DNA of 63,195 nucleotides, the filler included, from Conidiobolus incongruus B7586 (taxonomy: Eukaryota): the NCBI GenBank assembly GCA_000697335.1. It is 26 parts of 26 records of this genome, joined end to end, with 100 filler letters (N's around TTAATTAATTAA, not from the genome) between each part and the next. Parts side by side here need not be neighbours in the genome. Positions count along the whole stretch, not along the records: positions 25,873 to 33,871 come from JNEM01004634.1; positions 33,972 to 40,138 come from JNEM01004637.1; 24 more parts are not named here. One strand, given 5' to 3'. Positions 26,830-40,238 of the stretch are shown here, in pieces. The first letter of the stretch is position 1, and every line of letters begins with the position of its first letter. A model generated the notes under the pieces. That model had not been told where the DNA came from. It ran no database searches and worked only from the letters and a program-made list of their open reading frames with translations. A program made the translations under genes and the position numbers.

Positions 26830-27690
26830 CCTAATTAAATCTCAGTATTTTTTCCAACTCTTGATAGCTTTGATTATTAGTCAGTAATTACAAAAAATGA
26901 TATGCAAAGCAATGAAAATAATAATTGGTAGAAATAAGAGTTAACATATAAACCTGTTCAAATACCTGTTCTTTTCATATATTGATTTCAGTTAAGCATT
27001 GAGTAGTAACTAATTAACATATAGGCACTTTAAATAATTTAACTAATAAATGTTATGCCTATATAGATATAATGTTGCTCTTTTTAAAACAAGCCGTAAG
27101 AGCTGTTGAATTTTGAATCGATGTACTTTAAATATAATGAGATAATAGCATATGAGAGTCATTTCAATTGCGATTTTCTCAAAAAATATTTCTGCTGCAC
27201 AATTCATTACACCCATATCTGAGGCTGGATTGAAAACAAATGTTTGCTAAATAATTAGTTGCATTTGGTTCATACAAGTGACAATAGATGGAATGAATCC
27301 TGAAATAAATACTAAGTTTTTAAATACGAAGCATTAAAACAGACTTGGTGGTTCAATATTAAAAACAATCAATAAACAGCGCCCAAAGTTCAATAGAGAT
27401 ACCATGTATATTGAAGCGTAAAATGCCATTCATAATATAATAAACACTCTAGATCATAGAGGGTTAATTATAACCATCAAAGTTATCATCCTGTTAAAAT
27501 TTACAGTTATAAAATACAAATCTCCTGAACAAGATTGTGATAATGAGGAATCTACTGTTAATATGAAATCTGATAGATCTTATAAAGGTCAAAACACAAT
27601 ATATATTATATGTAACCATCATCATTATATACTTTACTAAATAAATTTTAAATCACCAAAATAATTCCCAATATACAGTTTAAAAAATAA
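26830..27690 (-). pseudogene. Disrupted class A-like GPCR pseudogene
   Basis: Minus-strand translation gives MAFYASIYMVSLLNFGRCLLIVFNIEPPSLF* (TM3 with an ERC-like motif, ~27335-27430), then IAIEMTLICYYLIIFKVHR (TM5). A TM1-like CILGIILVI lies near 27650-27680. Several stops and frameshifts are present. Ends are approximate. Confidence 0.6.
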
Positions 27691-27797
27691 TATTTTGTTT
27701 TAATTGATTAATCTGGTGGTCAATACTATTTAAATTATAAGAGAAAGTTAAGGGCAAAATATGATTTATATACGTTTGATGATTCTTAAACAATATA

Positions 27798-28082
27798 TTA
27801 ATCATTTAAACACTTAGAGTATCGGGGATCAGGTTTATCAATAACATTTTGATTAATATCGCAAGCAATATTAGGCCAGAAGATTTTCGTTGTCCCAAAA
27901 TCATTTTGAGAGCTATCTTTTTCAATTTCACCATTGAAATTACCTCCAATAGACTTAGAAATTTGGTCGGATGTTAGTTTGAGCCTTATGACGTTATCTC
28001 TATAATCCTGGTTTTGATAGGGAGATATTGGACTGGCTAGAATGAATACCAATAAACTGCGGAGAAATAAGTCAAATTTCAT
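27798..28082 (-). CDS. Small putative secreted protein (94 aa from the second Met; may have further exons)
   Basis: ATG at 28082 is in an AAAATA-ATG context. N-terminus MKFDLFLRSLLVFILASP resembles a signal peptide. Composition is gene-like, with CpGs retained. No recognised domain. Confidence 0.5.
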   Translation of the reverse strand: MKFDLFLRSLLVFILASPISPYQNQDYRDNVIRLKLTSDQISKSIGGNFNGEIEKDSSQNDFGTTKIFWPNIACDINQNVIDKPDPRYSKCLND

Positions 28083-28270
28083 TATTTTTATATTGAGACT
28101 AAATAAATTATATTTTGATAAAGTATGAATATACTCCAATATTTTATACTTAGTAATAAGTATGAGAATTGAGTGATTCCAAGTTTTTTATTGCACATAT
28201 CAGGATGTTAAATATTTCAACCTTTAGTTAGACATTAGCTTGTTGAAATTTAACTATAATAATGTATTAT

Positions 28271-28310
28271 TATTGGATATTGAATATTGAATATTGAATA
28301 TTAAATATTA
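28271..28310. repeat. 7-bp tandem repeat (TATTGAA)n, about 5 imperfect units
   Basis: Read directly from the sequence. Confidence 0.8.
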
Positions 28311-28856
28311 TACTTCTTGTAATATAATCTCATATAATGTCCAATCAATTTTATATTCATAATACGCCATCCTTACTATATATGCCTATATGGATTGATA
28401 ATACCAAATATTATTAATTTCATATAATTAAAGATATTGGCAAAAATTTAAGTGATTCTTGTTTCGCAAATGATAAATAATTTATATTATGGATATAAAA
28501 TTCAGCTTGTATATAATTCAATGATGATTAATATCAAATCGTTTGCTTAAATTTTTTCTCTCATTCTCTTAATTATGATTTTCTCAAAATAAAGATGTGA
28601 TTTGTAAACTCAACAGTTAAAGCAATTGCAGAGTTAACAATCTACTGTAATTATTAGATCTTTATTTTATATTTATATATTCTATGACGATAATATTGAG
28701 GACAAAAATACATATAAAATAAATCTTATATAAAATAGTTGAAAAAATGATTTCTTATATTTAAACCAAATATTTTAATATGAGCTATAACTATTTAACT
28801 CTGATTCTAATATTATTTTAGCTAATATTTTTTTGATCTAATAACTTATCATTTTC

Positions 28857-28858
<2 letters not shown>

Positions 28859-28889
<31 letters not shown>
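28859..28889. repeat. (TA)n microsatellite
   Basis: Read directly. Others occur at ~39817-39838 and ~47625-47652. Confidence 0.9.
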
Positions 28890-28891
<2 letters not shown>

Positions 28892-31800
28892 AGGAGAATT
28901 TCAATAAAAATATAATGACTAAAAATCAGAGAATTTCATTTTTTACATAAGTTAAACAAAAAGGATATATCAAGATGTTATATTATGCGTAACATTCTAT
29001 ATTAACTATTGATAAACCTCTTCAAGTAACAACTGATGGCCAAAAGGATTTAAAATATAATATTACAAACTAGTTTAATCAACTCAAAGCTGAATGGTCT
29101 GATGTAGAAGATTAACCTAATTCAATCCATCTTAAATTTGTAAATTGACAAATGAAAATCATATTGAGAAATATTTAAAATATTACCTATATGCCTCAGC
29201 AAAATAGCGAAAATAATCTTTATATTGTTATATTAACTTTATCGTTACTTTATAAAAGGATAATATAGAATTGGTTGTAAAATTAAAATTATTGATATTT
29301 TATAATATATTTAAGCATTAAATAAATAAGAGATAGAATATACTTAATATGATTTTATATTAAAAGAATGATCTTTTTCCTATGGTTAAAAATATTATTA
29401 TAATTAATAAAACATGGATTGCAATATATCAAATAATATCAAGAATTAAAATAAGCTTAGGTTCAAAAACTAAAACCATTGTTATAAATTCCAAAACGAA
29501 AATTATTAAAAAAATGGATATATTATTAAGTCTTGATTTTAATGATATAGTATTCCATCATATATTACGTAGAAAAGTGAGTTTTAACTATATAATATAT
29601 TTTAGACTTTTAAAAACTAATTTTATCAAATAATCTAAATAATGGAATTAAAGAACCATATATTCTAAATAATAATAACAATATACATACACTTAAAATT
29701 ATCGAAAATTTATTTATTAACAGAAATTGCTCTTTATTACCATATCTATTATATCCACCAGATATGATTATATGTGATCAAAATTGTTCTTCTAAGTTAA
29801 AGAGTTTGATTTATGGAAAGAGAGTTGATAAAAATAAAATTTAATATTTGAAACTTTAGGGTGTAATTTTGAAGATAAACTATCGATACCTTTGTAAAGG
29901 GGTTGAGCAATTATTATTAGTATAGGATTCTGTTATTGAAAAAAACAAGTTTTGAATTATCAAAATTATATTATTCTCTGTTTAGTTTTACGTTTATGAA
30001 TTAAAATATATATTTAAATTTGGTAAACTTATTTTCAAATCACTGAATATAGTTATTTCAATAATTTTAATGAAACCAAATGATTGGGATTGAGTTTAAA
30101 ATTTATATAATATATATCAACTATACTTAATCCTAAAATGTACAACTATGACAAATAGAATACATCAATTATTTAATATAATGCTTTAATAAAAAATTAT
30201 TAATGATCAACCATAATAATAATAATTGCAAGTAACGAATAAATAAAGCACTAGTATGATGCAATTTGTTCTATATTTAAATCATTTTGTAATTATAAAT
30301 ATCATCAATCAATAACAAGCTATTATTTCCAAGCTTCGGATGTATATGAGCAATATTAAGCCATAATCCTTGACCAAAGCGCTTTAATTGCTGATGATAT
30401 ACATATAGAGCTGTATCTTTTAATAACATAAATAAATTTAAACTCTTTTTTCACTAAACGAATAATATGGGCCAAATTATTTTGAACTTGACAACAAGAA
30501 AATTAAATATTGTACTTTTTCTACATTTGTTTTCCAATTTGATACACAAAGTCTAATTTAATGTTTATATTAAAATAATCAATATTTTAATTTTGATAGT
30601 ATATAGTTATTATCTTATTAATTAAAACCATGATTTTTAACTAATATCTCAAGTAAAATCGCTCTATCCATAATCTTTTGTTTAAATATATTTTTCAAAT
30701 ATTAATCTGATAAGAATTTGAAGAAAAATAACAAAAATCAGTATATATAGACTGAATAATAGATTGAATCATATATTGATTATTTGCAATAATAAAATAA
30801 AGCCAAAATTTCCTATCTTCATGCATACATATTTTAATATATCAGCTACTATTATTAAGATATTTTTAATTGTTAATTTTTGTATTATTAGAAATTAACA
30901 ATTTTAACTAAGGAATGCAATACTTATTAAATTATGTACAAATACATGATAAAATAGTCAATATATAATTGATTATATACTAACAGAAATAATTATATTT
31001 GCTTCATAAGTAATAACACTATTTGATAAAATTCCTATTACCCAGCATTCAAAATAATTCGACAAAAAAGGCTCAAAATTGAATTAATAAATACAATATA
31101 CTTTCATATTGAATATACTTTGTTTATCTTTAAATATAATCAAACTAATAGTTTGTAATTTAAAATATCAATATTTAGTAATTTTCAAAGAAATAATTGA
31201 ATTCGTGATAATTGCCATTAATAAAAATCAATTTTATTGACATTATCAAGTTCATCATTATTAACATCCTTGGTTGATATAATAATTCTTTTATCCTGTT
31301 TTTATAAAGTTATTTACTATGAAATATTATTATGATATCTTCAACTTAAAAAAATCTATACCAGAACTAAACATTTATATATATCTGATTTTTGAACTCT
31401 ATAATAAACCACAAATTTTTTTAACAGTGTCAATCCAAACATAATTTTTTTTGAATTTTACAAATTCCATTATATTCATGTTTCTCAATATTTTAATTCA
31501 TTTTTATATTGAAACGCTATTTGTAGATATCATTATAAGTTTTATAATTGATTGAACTAATACTTTTAATATTGGTAAATATATTATGAACGTTTGACAT
31601 ACATAGTTTAACCTAAGGTATATTGTATATTTGATCATTTTTGAAATTTATTTATTTCGTTCAAATAGTGAAATATACAATTTAATAGGTTAAATAACTA
31701 ATTAATAATGATACAGTGTAAATAAAAATTTGAACAAAAATAAAAATCTAATTTACTTGTATTAATTTAATATGAAAATATTATATTTATAATATTATTT

Positions 31801-33033
31801 CATTTGACATTTTGTTCTTTGTGTTATTTCAAAAGAAGATTGAAGAGCAGTTAATAATATAAACCTAAACTATAGTATTTTTTTCAAAGACCAATATCTT
31901 CTTTTATAATACATTATTCCTTGAACAAATAATCATTCATATTATATGATATATAACTGTATATGGATTACAGTATTTATTTTAAATTTGGAATAATTTG
32001 TACGATAAAATGTTCTAATAAAATTGGATAATCTACTTTAAGCTTGTTAGGTACTTTTGTTGATATTGGGGAATTATTAACAACAAGACTAATTGAATTT
32101 TTATTAGGAGGTGGAATACCTTAATTAACTGGCACTGGATTTGATCACAAAGTTATCATTAGGTAGGAGATAAATAAGTAAAACTTCATGACTAGATTAA
32201 TCAGTTAAAATACCATCACTGTGGATAGTTTATAATATAGTATATAGCCATTATATATTCCTTGTAAAATAGCTATTCGTATTTATTAGCTACAACTATT
32301 GCGAAAATCTTAATAATAACGAAAAGAACATATCTGCCACAACTCTTCAGTTATAATTAATACACTTTTAATACATTAAATTTCAATATTCAATTTTCAT
32401 ACCAAATTTAATTCCATCTTTATACTATGATATTATTACTCAAATAAGTGATATATTAATATATTCAAAGTTGATAATATGCTAAACAATAGCATTGCTG
32501 GTGCTTTATATCTATAAACGAATAATACATATTCTACTAATGAAATCTAAACTATATATAATTAGAAGACATGAATAATTACAGGAATAAATTGGAAATT
32601 TAATTTGTCCTAAATCACTTAGAAATATCTTAATCTCGAATTTAAAATGAGATTTCTATTTGCAGGCTATCAACATAATATTCAAATCTTATCTCGTATT
32701 TTAAAAAATACCAATTACACAGTTTAATTCAAACTAGAGTTCAAATGCCAAATGTGATCAAGGGACTAATATATCAATGAATTTGATATATATTACAATA
32801 AAACGATTTAGATTGAAAATAAATATCAGGTAATCAAATGAATAATTCAATTGGATATTAAAAAACATATAATTTTTATATATACTGAAGTATTAATGAG
32901 TTCATATTTAATAGAATACTTGATCATTTCTATAAATAATTTTTTAAATCTAACAAGAATAATTTTAAAACAGAGTCAATATTAAAAGGTTAGAAATTTC
33001 AGTTTTATGATTTCAGATATTTAAATAACTTAA

Positions 33034-33871
33034 TATTATTTTAAATTTTAAATAACGATAATATTTTTCAATATAAAAAAATAAAAACTTTCATATATAA
33101 AATAATAATAAAAATATATATTTTATAATTAATATTTTGTTTTATTATTAATAACTTTTTGGCAAACATCTAATACCTAAAAATATTTTTTTATTATAGA
33201 CTCTAATTTCATGTTTTATAAATTAATTAAATTTTTTATGGAAATTTTCTTTCCTATAAGCTGATTTTTTAATATATAAAGTAATTATAAATATAGGGGT
33301 AATAATCAGATTAATATACCAAATATGGTAATTTTTTAAAAATTTTAAATTAGAAATTATGTTATATCTATCGTTTTTATATTTTATAATTATATTGAAT
33401 AAGCATAAGTAATTTTAATTTATACTATTTAATATAATAATATGGATTTTAAGATAATTGATTTTCCTTATCACTTAAATAAAAGTAATTTATAATATTT
33501 TAATTTCTATAATAATTAATATTAATTGAAAAATATATTATCTATTCATTAGACTTTTTAAAAATATTATTTTAGTTCAAATTAATATTTTGATTTATAT
33601 TTTAAAAAATATGATATTTAATGGTTTGTAAATTATCAATTATAGTTATTTTTAATCTTTAGTTTTTGATATTATTTTATTAAGTTTTACTAAATTATAA
33701 CGATTCAATTTTTTTTGGTTTAAACTATAAAATACACATTTAACATTTGTATTATTAAATGTAAATAAATATTTTATTATATATTATCATGGCAATATAA
33801 TTAATATTAAGATATTTTTATTAATATATATATTAAAAAAATAAACTATATATTAAATATTCTTTTATTAT
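33034..33871 (-). mobile_element. Degraded mariner copy
   Basis: Colinear with 13077-13950 but more diverged. Confidence 0.7.
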
Positions 33872-33971
33872 NNNNNNNNNNNNNNNNNNNNNNNNNNNNN
33901 NNNNNNNNNNNNNNNTTAATTAATTAANNNNNNNNNNNNNNNNNNNNNNNNNNNNNNNNNNNNNNNNNNNN

Positions 33972-35052
33972 ATATAATTATTATTTTTTTATTTTAAATC
34001 CTTTATAATAAAAGATATTATATTAATATTTATTTTTTAGTATTATCTCTTATTATAAAATTTCATAAATTATTATAACTGAAATAATATATAGTTTAAT
34101 TCTTGATTTTAAAAGTTATTATTTTTTTCTTTTAAGATTAATATAATTATATCTATTATTAATCATTATTAAACTAATAAACTTACTACAAAAATTATTG
34201 AAAATATAAAGAAAGTAATTAAAGCTTTTACTAATACTAATTAATTAAATTAAAAGTTTTATATTTATCAATTTTAATATTTATTCAATAATTTTATTAA
34301 TTAATTAAAAAATTTTAACTTTTATTTTATTAATTATAATAAATACTTTAAATTAATAACTGTTTTAAAAATTTAAATTATTTTATCATTAAATATTACT
34401 GAATATTAATTTAATATTAAGTATATTTATATATTTGTTAAATTTAATTTAGAAAAAAATTAAAGTATTATAAAACAACAATCTTTAAAACTATTTAAAA
34501 ATCCTTTTAAATATAAAATTATTTTATTCATCTATTTAAAATAATTTATCTTTAAGTTAATTTTCCTTAAATTTAATTAAATACTATAATACTAAATTCT
34601 ATACTATAATCCTTATATAATTTAATTTATTAATTTAAATTTTAAAAATATTATCTTAGAATTATTTTTAATTTTAAAAATTAACCTTATTTTTAAATAT
34701 CTAAAATCAAACCCTATCTTGAAGATAAAAGCATTTTTTTAATTAATTAAAAATTTTAAAATTAAATCTAATTGGAAATTAAAATAGAAAAGCAGTATAT
34801 TATATTAATTCCATAATTAAGTTTAAATTTATCAAAAATAAGCTTTATCTTTATATAAAATAAATAAGTTATCTTAATAAAAAAATTACCTAATATTTTT
34901 TAAAATATCAAAAAAAATTTTGCTTATTATATTTATTTGTAAAAATCATAGAAAAATTTTTTTTTAAGAAATTTATTAATAAAATATTAAAAAAGTAATT
35001 CTTTAAATTCTGATATATCCTTTTATATAATTGAATTAATATTAATTATATA
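33972..35052 (+). mobile_element. G2 gypsy integrase-chromodomain and start of 3' LTR
   Basis: Colinear with 14427-15448 and 41854-42839. The LTR starts at ~34985. Confidence 0.72.
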
Positions 35053-36340
35053 CACCAGAAGTCTTATTTTGTTATTAAAATCAGTTATAATTGTTTAATT
35101 TCCTTATAAAATTCATAAAAACTAATAATTAATATTATATATAAATTAATTAATCATAAAATAAATTACTTTGAAAATAAAAATAATATTATTTAAAGTT
35201 TCCCTAAAACTTTCAAAAATATTAATATTATACTGTTTAATAATATTGTACTATGAGATATTTATAATTTATTAAAATAATTATTACGGTATTTGAAATT
35301 TTATTATTCAGATTATAAAGATTTAAATTTAAACTAAGATTATTTATTAAATATATTTATTCAAATTAATATAAATATAACTAAAATTAATTTAGTTATA
35401 ATAAAAACTTTTTTTTAATATTTTCAATTTAATAAATCAATGATTAGTTTTATGTATAATTTTTATCAGAACACAAAATGTTACAAATCTCTGTTGTTTA
35501 CAGCTCTTAAAGTTTCGTGATGATTTAAATTAATAATGGGATAAACTTTGTTGGAAGTCATTTTTTCTTTCAGATAAAAAGAAATGTCAAAGTTTGATCA
35601 TGACATTATTATAAAGAATTGTAAAAACTCTGAGAGATATCTTTATTGCCACAAAAAATAGACTTTGTTTATATTATAAAAAACGCAACCTAAAATATTA
35701 GTTGCATATATCAAAGCATCATCTATTAACAAGAACATTTCTAATTTTATGACTCATATATACAACATAAAATATTAATATAAAATTATTCTCTTATAAA
35801 ATATTAATTATTTTAATAGAATTATTATAAATACAGATTTTTACTTAAGTTTTTAAAAATAAAACATTTATTAATATTTTAAATTAATTATTATAATATT
35901 TTTTTTATTTTGTATAATAAAAATAAATAAAAATATATTTCAAATATTCCTGAAAATATAATTTATTTATGGTAATTATTTTATAAAATATTAGATTTGA
36001 ATATTTCATTTAAATATTATTAAAATGTTTGATATTTAGAAAAAATATACTAAAAAATTATAATAAAAAAATATTAATTTTATATTATTAATGTTTTTGA
36101 ATTTTAGATTAACTATTATATTCAAATTAGACAATAATGTCTGATTATTTAAAATCTCAAGTAATATTGCTCAATATACAAGAAATAAGTATGTCAAGTT
36201 TATTCAAGTTAAAATAATCAAAATATGTATATTTATATTATTTAATAAAATGCAAATAGAATCTTGATTTATTTTATAATGGTTGGTAAATATGATGTAT
36301 TCAAAACTTAAAATAAAAGGATGAGCCAAAAAAATAAAAA

Positions 36341-37198
36341 TTAATTGGATTTTGGAGATGACTTCGGTAGCTTGGGTGAACGGTTGCTAGGTGAGATTGG
36401 GTTCAATAGATTGTTGATGGTGATTTGAGCTCTTTTTCGACTAGTGGATCTCTGGGTAGAATCATGATTGAGAATGTTTTTCAGTCTTTTGTAATCTTTA
36501 TGAGACGAAGGTGAACCGGCCAAATTTTCTGAGAATTGATACCTGTCTAATTCTTCGTTATTTTGAGTAATTGGTAAAGGGTCGCTTGTAAATTTAGAGT
36601 TAGAATTGGGATATTCCAATTCAGAAGAATGGTGGGATGAATTTTGATTTTTTGTTTCTGTCATGGGGTCTTTGGATTTTTTATTACCAAACTCAATTGA
36701 TTTAAATCTGATTTGTTTAATCCTATTTATCTCATCCTGTGACTCAGAGAGTCTCCTTTGTCTTTTCACTTGGGATAGCAAATCAGGGCGATCCCTTTTA
36801 AAATACGGATGATGGAAGCAGGCGAAATTGGTTCTTAATTGGTATCTTGTCTTTCTACCATCGATCAATCGTTTAAATCCATAAATCTATACATCATGTA
36901 ATTATGAATATAAATTGAGAAAATGTAATTTTAAGTTACTAACATGTAATTGTCTCACAAAGGATAACATACTTGAATTGTTCATTTTGAGTTTGACAAT
37001 ATCCTCAAATTGATCAATATCGTTTATATAAAAGGATTCACCATCGCTAGACCAATAAATATGAGGCTCATTATTAATTAGACTATATCAAACAATATAT
37101 TGAATTAATCCTTGAAGTCAAGTGAATATGTGTCATTTTAAATACTTGTATAATCTCTGAGCAAATGTTTCTTTTCCTGAAGTATTGAATGTACTCAT
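36341..37198 (-). CDS. HSF-type DNA-binding transcription factor, 3 exons (37198-37146, 37082-36944, 36886-36341), 245 aa
   Basis: Splicing GT-AG introns 37145-37083 (63 nt) and 36943-36887 (57 nt) yields FAQRLYNLINNEPHIYWSSDGESFYI...SFVRQLHIYGFKR...FHHPYFKRDRPDLLSQVKR, the HSF winged-helix signature. The frame is continuous (53+139+546 = 738 nt). Confidence 0.92.
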
Positions 37199-40100
37199 TA
37201 TTATATATTTGATAAATTTGCATACATGAATATAATAATTGCTCGCTTTGATAAGATTGCAGTTTGTGATAATGGATTTGAGAACTATGAGAAATATACT
37301 CATAGTAGGAGAATATTTTTTTAGATTCAATAATATAATAACCTAAAAATCATTACACTGTTAGTCAAAATTTTCAGTATATAATGTGAGTGATAGTATT
37401 ATTTGGAGGGTTTATGGTGATTGAAGGATTATTGGATAATAATAGGAGTTGTGTAATTGTCATTTAATACATGTTAACAAGTTTTATATGTAGATATAGG
37501 ATTATAAAGGGTTAAAAAGAAGGATGACTATCCATAATAAACTATTTAATATCAAAAGCGCAAATTAACTGACAATGTTTAAAACAATGCCTCTCATGAA
37601 TTAATAGTCACCCAAAATTTAACAGCTGTATTAATTTACTTTGAAAATAATATTCAAGTTTTCTTATTACGAAATTATAATATGGTAAATTCTTTGTTAA
37701 TAAACTGAGTTTAGTCTAAAAGGCAATAAGATTCATCATTTTAAACACTCGAATAATATATACAAATGTGACTTCGATATAATCCATGAATTAGTAGAAC
37801 TACTTGTTGATTTGTGTGAACATTTATAGTTCTTTAGCATTTGAAATCTACCGTAACTTGTTGGACCATTATCTCCTAACGTTAAGACGATGAACAATAG
37901 CTATAACAAGTTACAGAGCTGATAGGAAGTAGTTTAAGTAAGAATACTATACTCTATACACCTTGATATTGTAACATATAACATACAAACCAAAGAACTA
38001 CTTACTTGAAAGTGTTGAAATCGGGTTCCAAGAAATGCAAGTTTAAAAAAAATCCAAAATTAAAAAACAATAAATTTTAATGAAAGTATAAGGAAAAAGG
38101 AAGAATTAGTATTATTTTAAATCATCTCCAAGTTAAGGTATTTATATTGTCATAGTCAATTAAACTGTGATGTGAGAATTTAATCATTTTGGTTAATTTT
38201 ACATAAATTGTGAAACCTGATCCGATCAATTATTTAATTGATACAACTTTTTTATATTAAGATCTTTAAAATTATTATTTAATAATATTTTAACCTTTTG
38301 ACAGAAAAATAATTTGGTTGAACAAAACATACTCATAACCTAGTTGATATTGATATTCTTTTGTCAAAAATTCTGAAACTTGATTTTTCAACAATTATTT
38401 ATTTGATTGGAATGGACAAGCCTAAAAAGGTAATGTCTTTGTCAAATTATATTCAAAACTTAAATTGGTTTCAAATAAATAAATAAAATGACTATTTCTG
38501 ATTAAATTTTTTAAATAAAGCTTATCTCATTATTTTCTAAAGGGTCAATAGTAAATCTATAAATGAATCAATTTGTATTATAATTACATAAAGAGTTTTA
38601 GTTAATAGATATAATAAAATTATATCGCCATCACAGATTTTTGAGACTAAAAGAGAATTTAAATGCACCAACCAATAGGAATTGTTAAAATGAAATAAAA
38701 AATATCAGTATGGATGAAATTAAAACGACTGCGCAATGGTCATTTTCCAAATATAGTTAATATCTATTAAATCAGTGTTTTTTTTCTTTCATTTCACATT
38801 CCTAATATAGAAAGTCATTTCCCCTCAAAACCGAAACATGTGACAAAAAAATCTTTGGTAACGATTTTAATAATAAACTCAAAAACTTTATTTAGATTAA
38901 TTAATCAGAAATAATCTGAGGCTATTTTGACAAGTTGATTTCTATGGGAAAATAATTACACTTTTTTAACTTTGTATCAAATATCGTATAGTATAATACT
39001 AAGATATCTGATTAATATTTCATAATTTGAAATATTTTCTTATGTGTGAATATATCGATAATTTTATTAAATTTTACTATCCTCAAATTGATACGCGCTT
39101 AGAAAAGTATTCAAGAAACGGTGAAAGGGTTATTATATATGTAGGATCGAGCCTTGTCATTTGACCATGCTTTAAGTTAGTTATAATTCAATTAGCTTTT
39201 TTAGGAATATGAGTTATAGATAATATTATCCAATTAGAAAAATATGATTTTTTTATCTAAACGATAAAATTTATTTAAATATGTTTATTTACCAAATTCG
39301 GTGAATAGGAACAATTATTTAATTTCAAAGTTTTTCAACCTGAAGCTAGTTTAAACAATTTAAAATTATGGTTGTCAGGAGAATTAATTAGAAGTAAATT
39401 AAGCAAATTAAGTAAATCAAATTTGAAATAAATTCTCTATTCATTCGCAATATAATAGTAAACTAATATATATTGATATTTTTTTATATATTATATACTC
39501 TATATTTAACAATTTTACGGAATTTATAATTCGATGATCAAAATAGATATTTTGAAATATTCAATTTGATTGTATCATTTTTGAATTTTATAGTTTTTAG
39601 TTAAAAATACATATGTGATATAATTCTATTTTGAATAATTTATGTTTATTAAAATAAAATGTTTTTATATTTTTTGACTTTTGATATTTTGCTAGTTAAA
39701 ATATAATTATTTAGATTAAAATACTCAATTTTATAAATAAAACTTATATCAATAATCACCAATATATTCCATTATATTTAAATATAATTTTGGTTAAAGA
39801 TTTTTTAATATAATTAATATATATATATATATATATATTTAAGTACCTTATACTAATTAAACCATTTATTTTATGAATTATTCCAGAATAATGATTAATT
39901 TACTAAAGTTATCAAAAATTATATTTAATTTTTTAATATCACAATTAATTTTAATTTTAATTATTAAATTTTATTTTATTTATTAATAATCAATAATAAA
40001 ATATTTTTTGATATTTTATTAATATATATTTGACCTTTATATTTTAGTGAACTTTATATATTTTTATTACTAATAAAGTCAATAGTTTCTTATAAATAAT

Positions 40101-40238
40101 TGATAAAATACTATTTAAACTTTTAATATTATATATATNNNNNNNNNNNNNNNNNNNNNNNNNNNNNNNNNNNNNNNNNNNNTTAATTAATTAANNNNNN
40201 NNNNNNNNNNNNNNNNNNNNNNNNNNNNNNNNNNNNNN

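Noticed and set aside
29382..29633. 83-aa ORF (+)
   Set aside because: I/K/N-rich low-complexity translation with no motif.
37133..37330. 65-aa ORF (-) as a separate gene
   Set aside because: Only 37198-37146 is coding (HSF exon 1). The rest is upstream sequence and intron.
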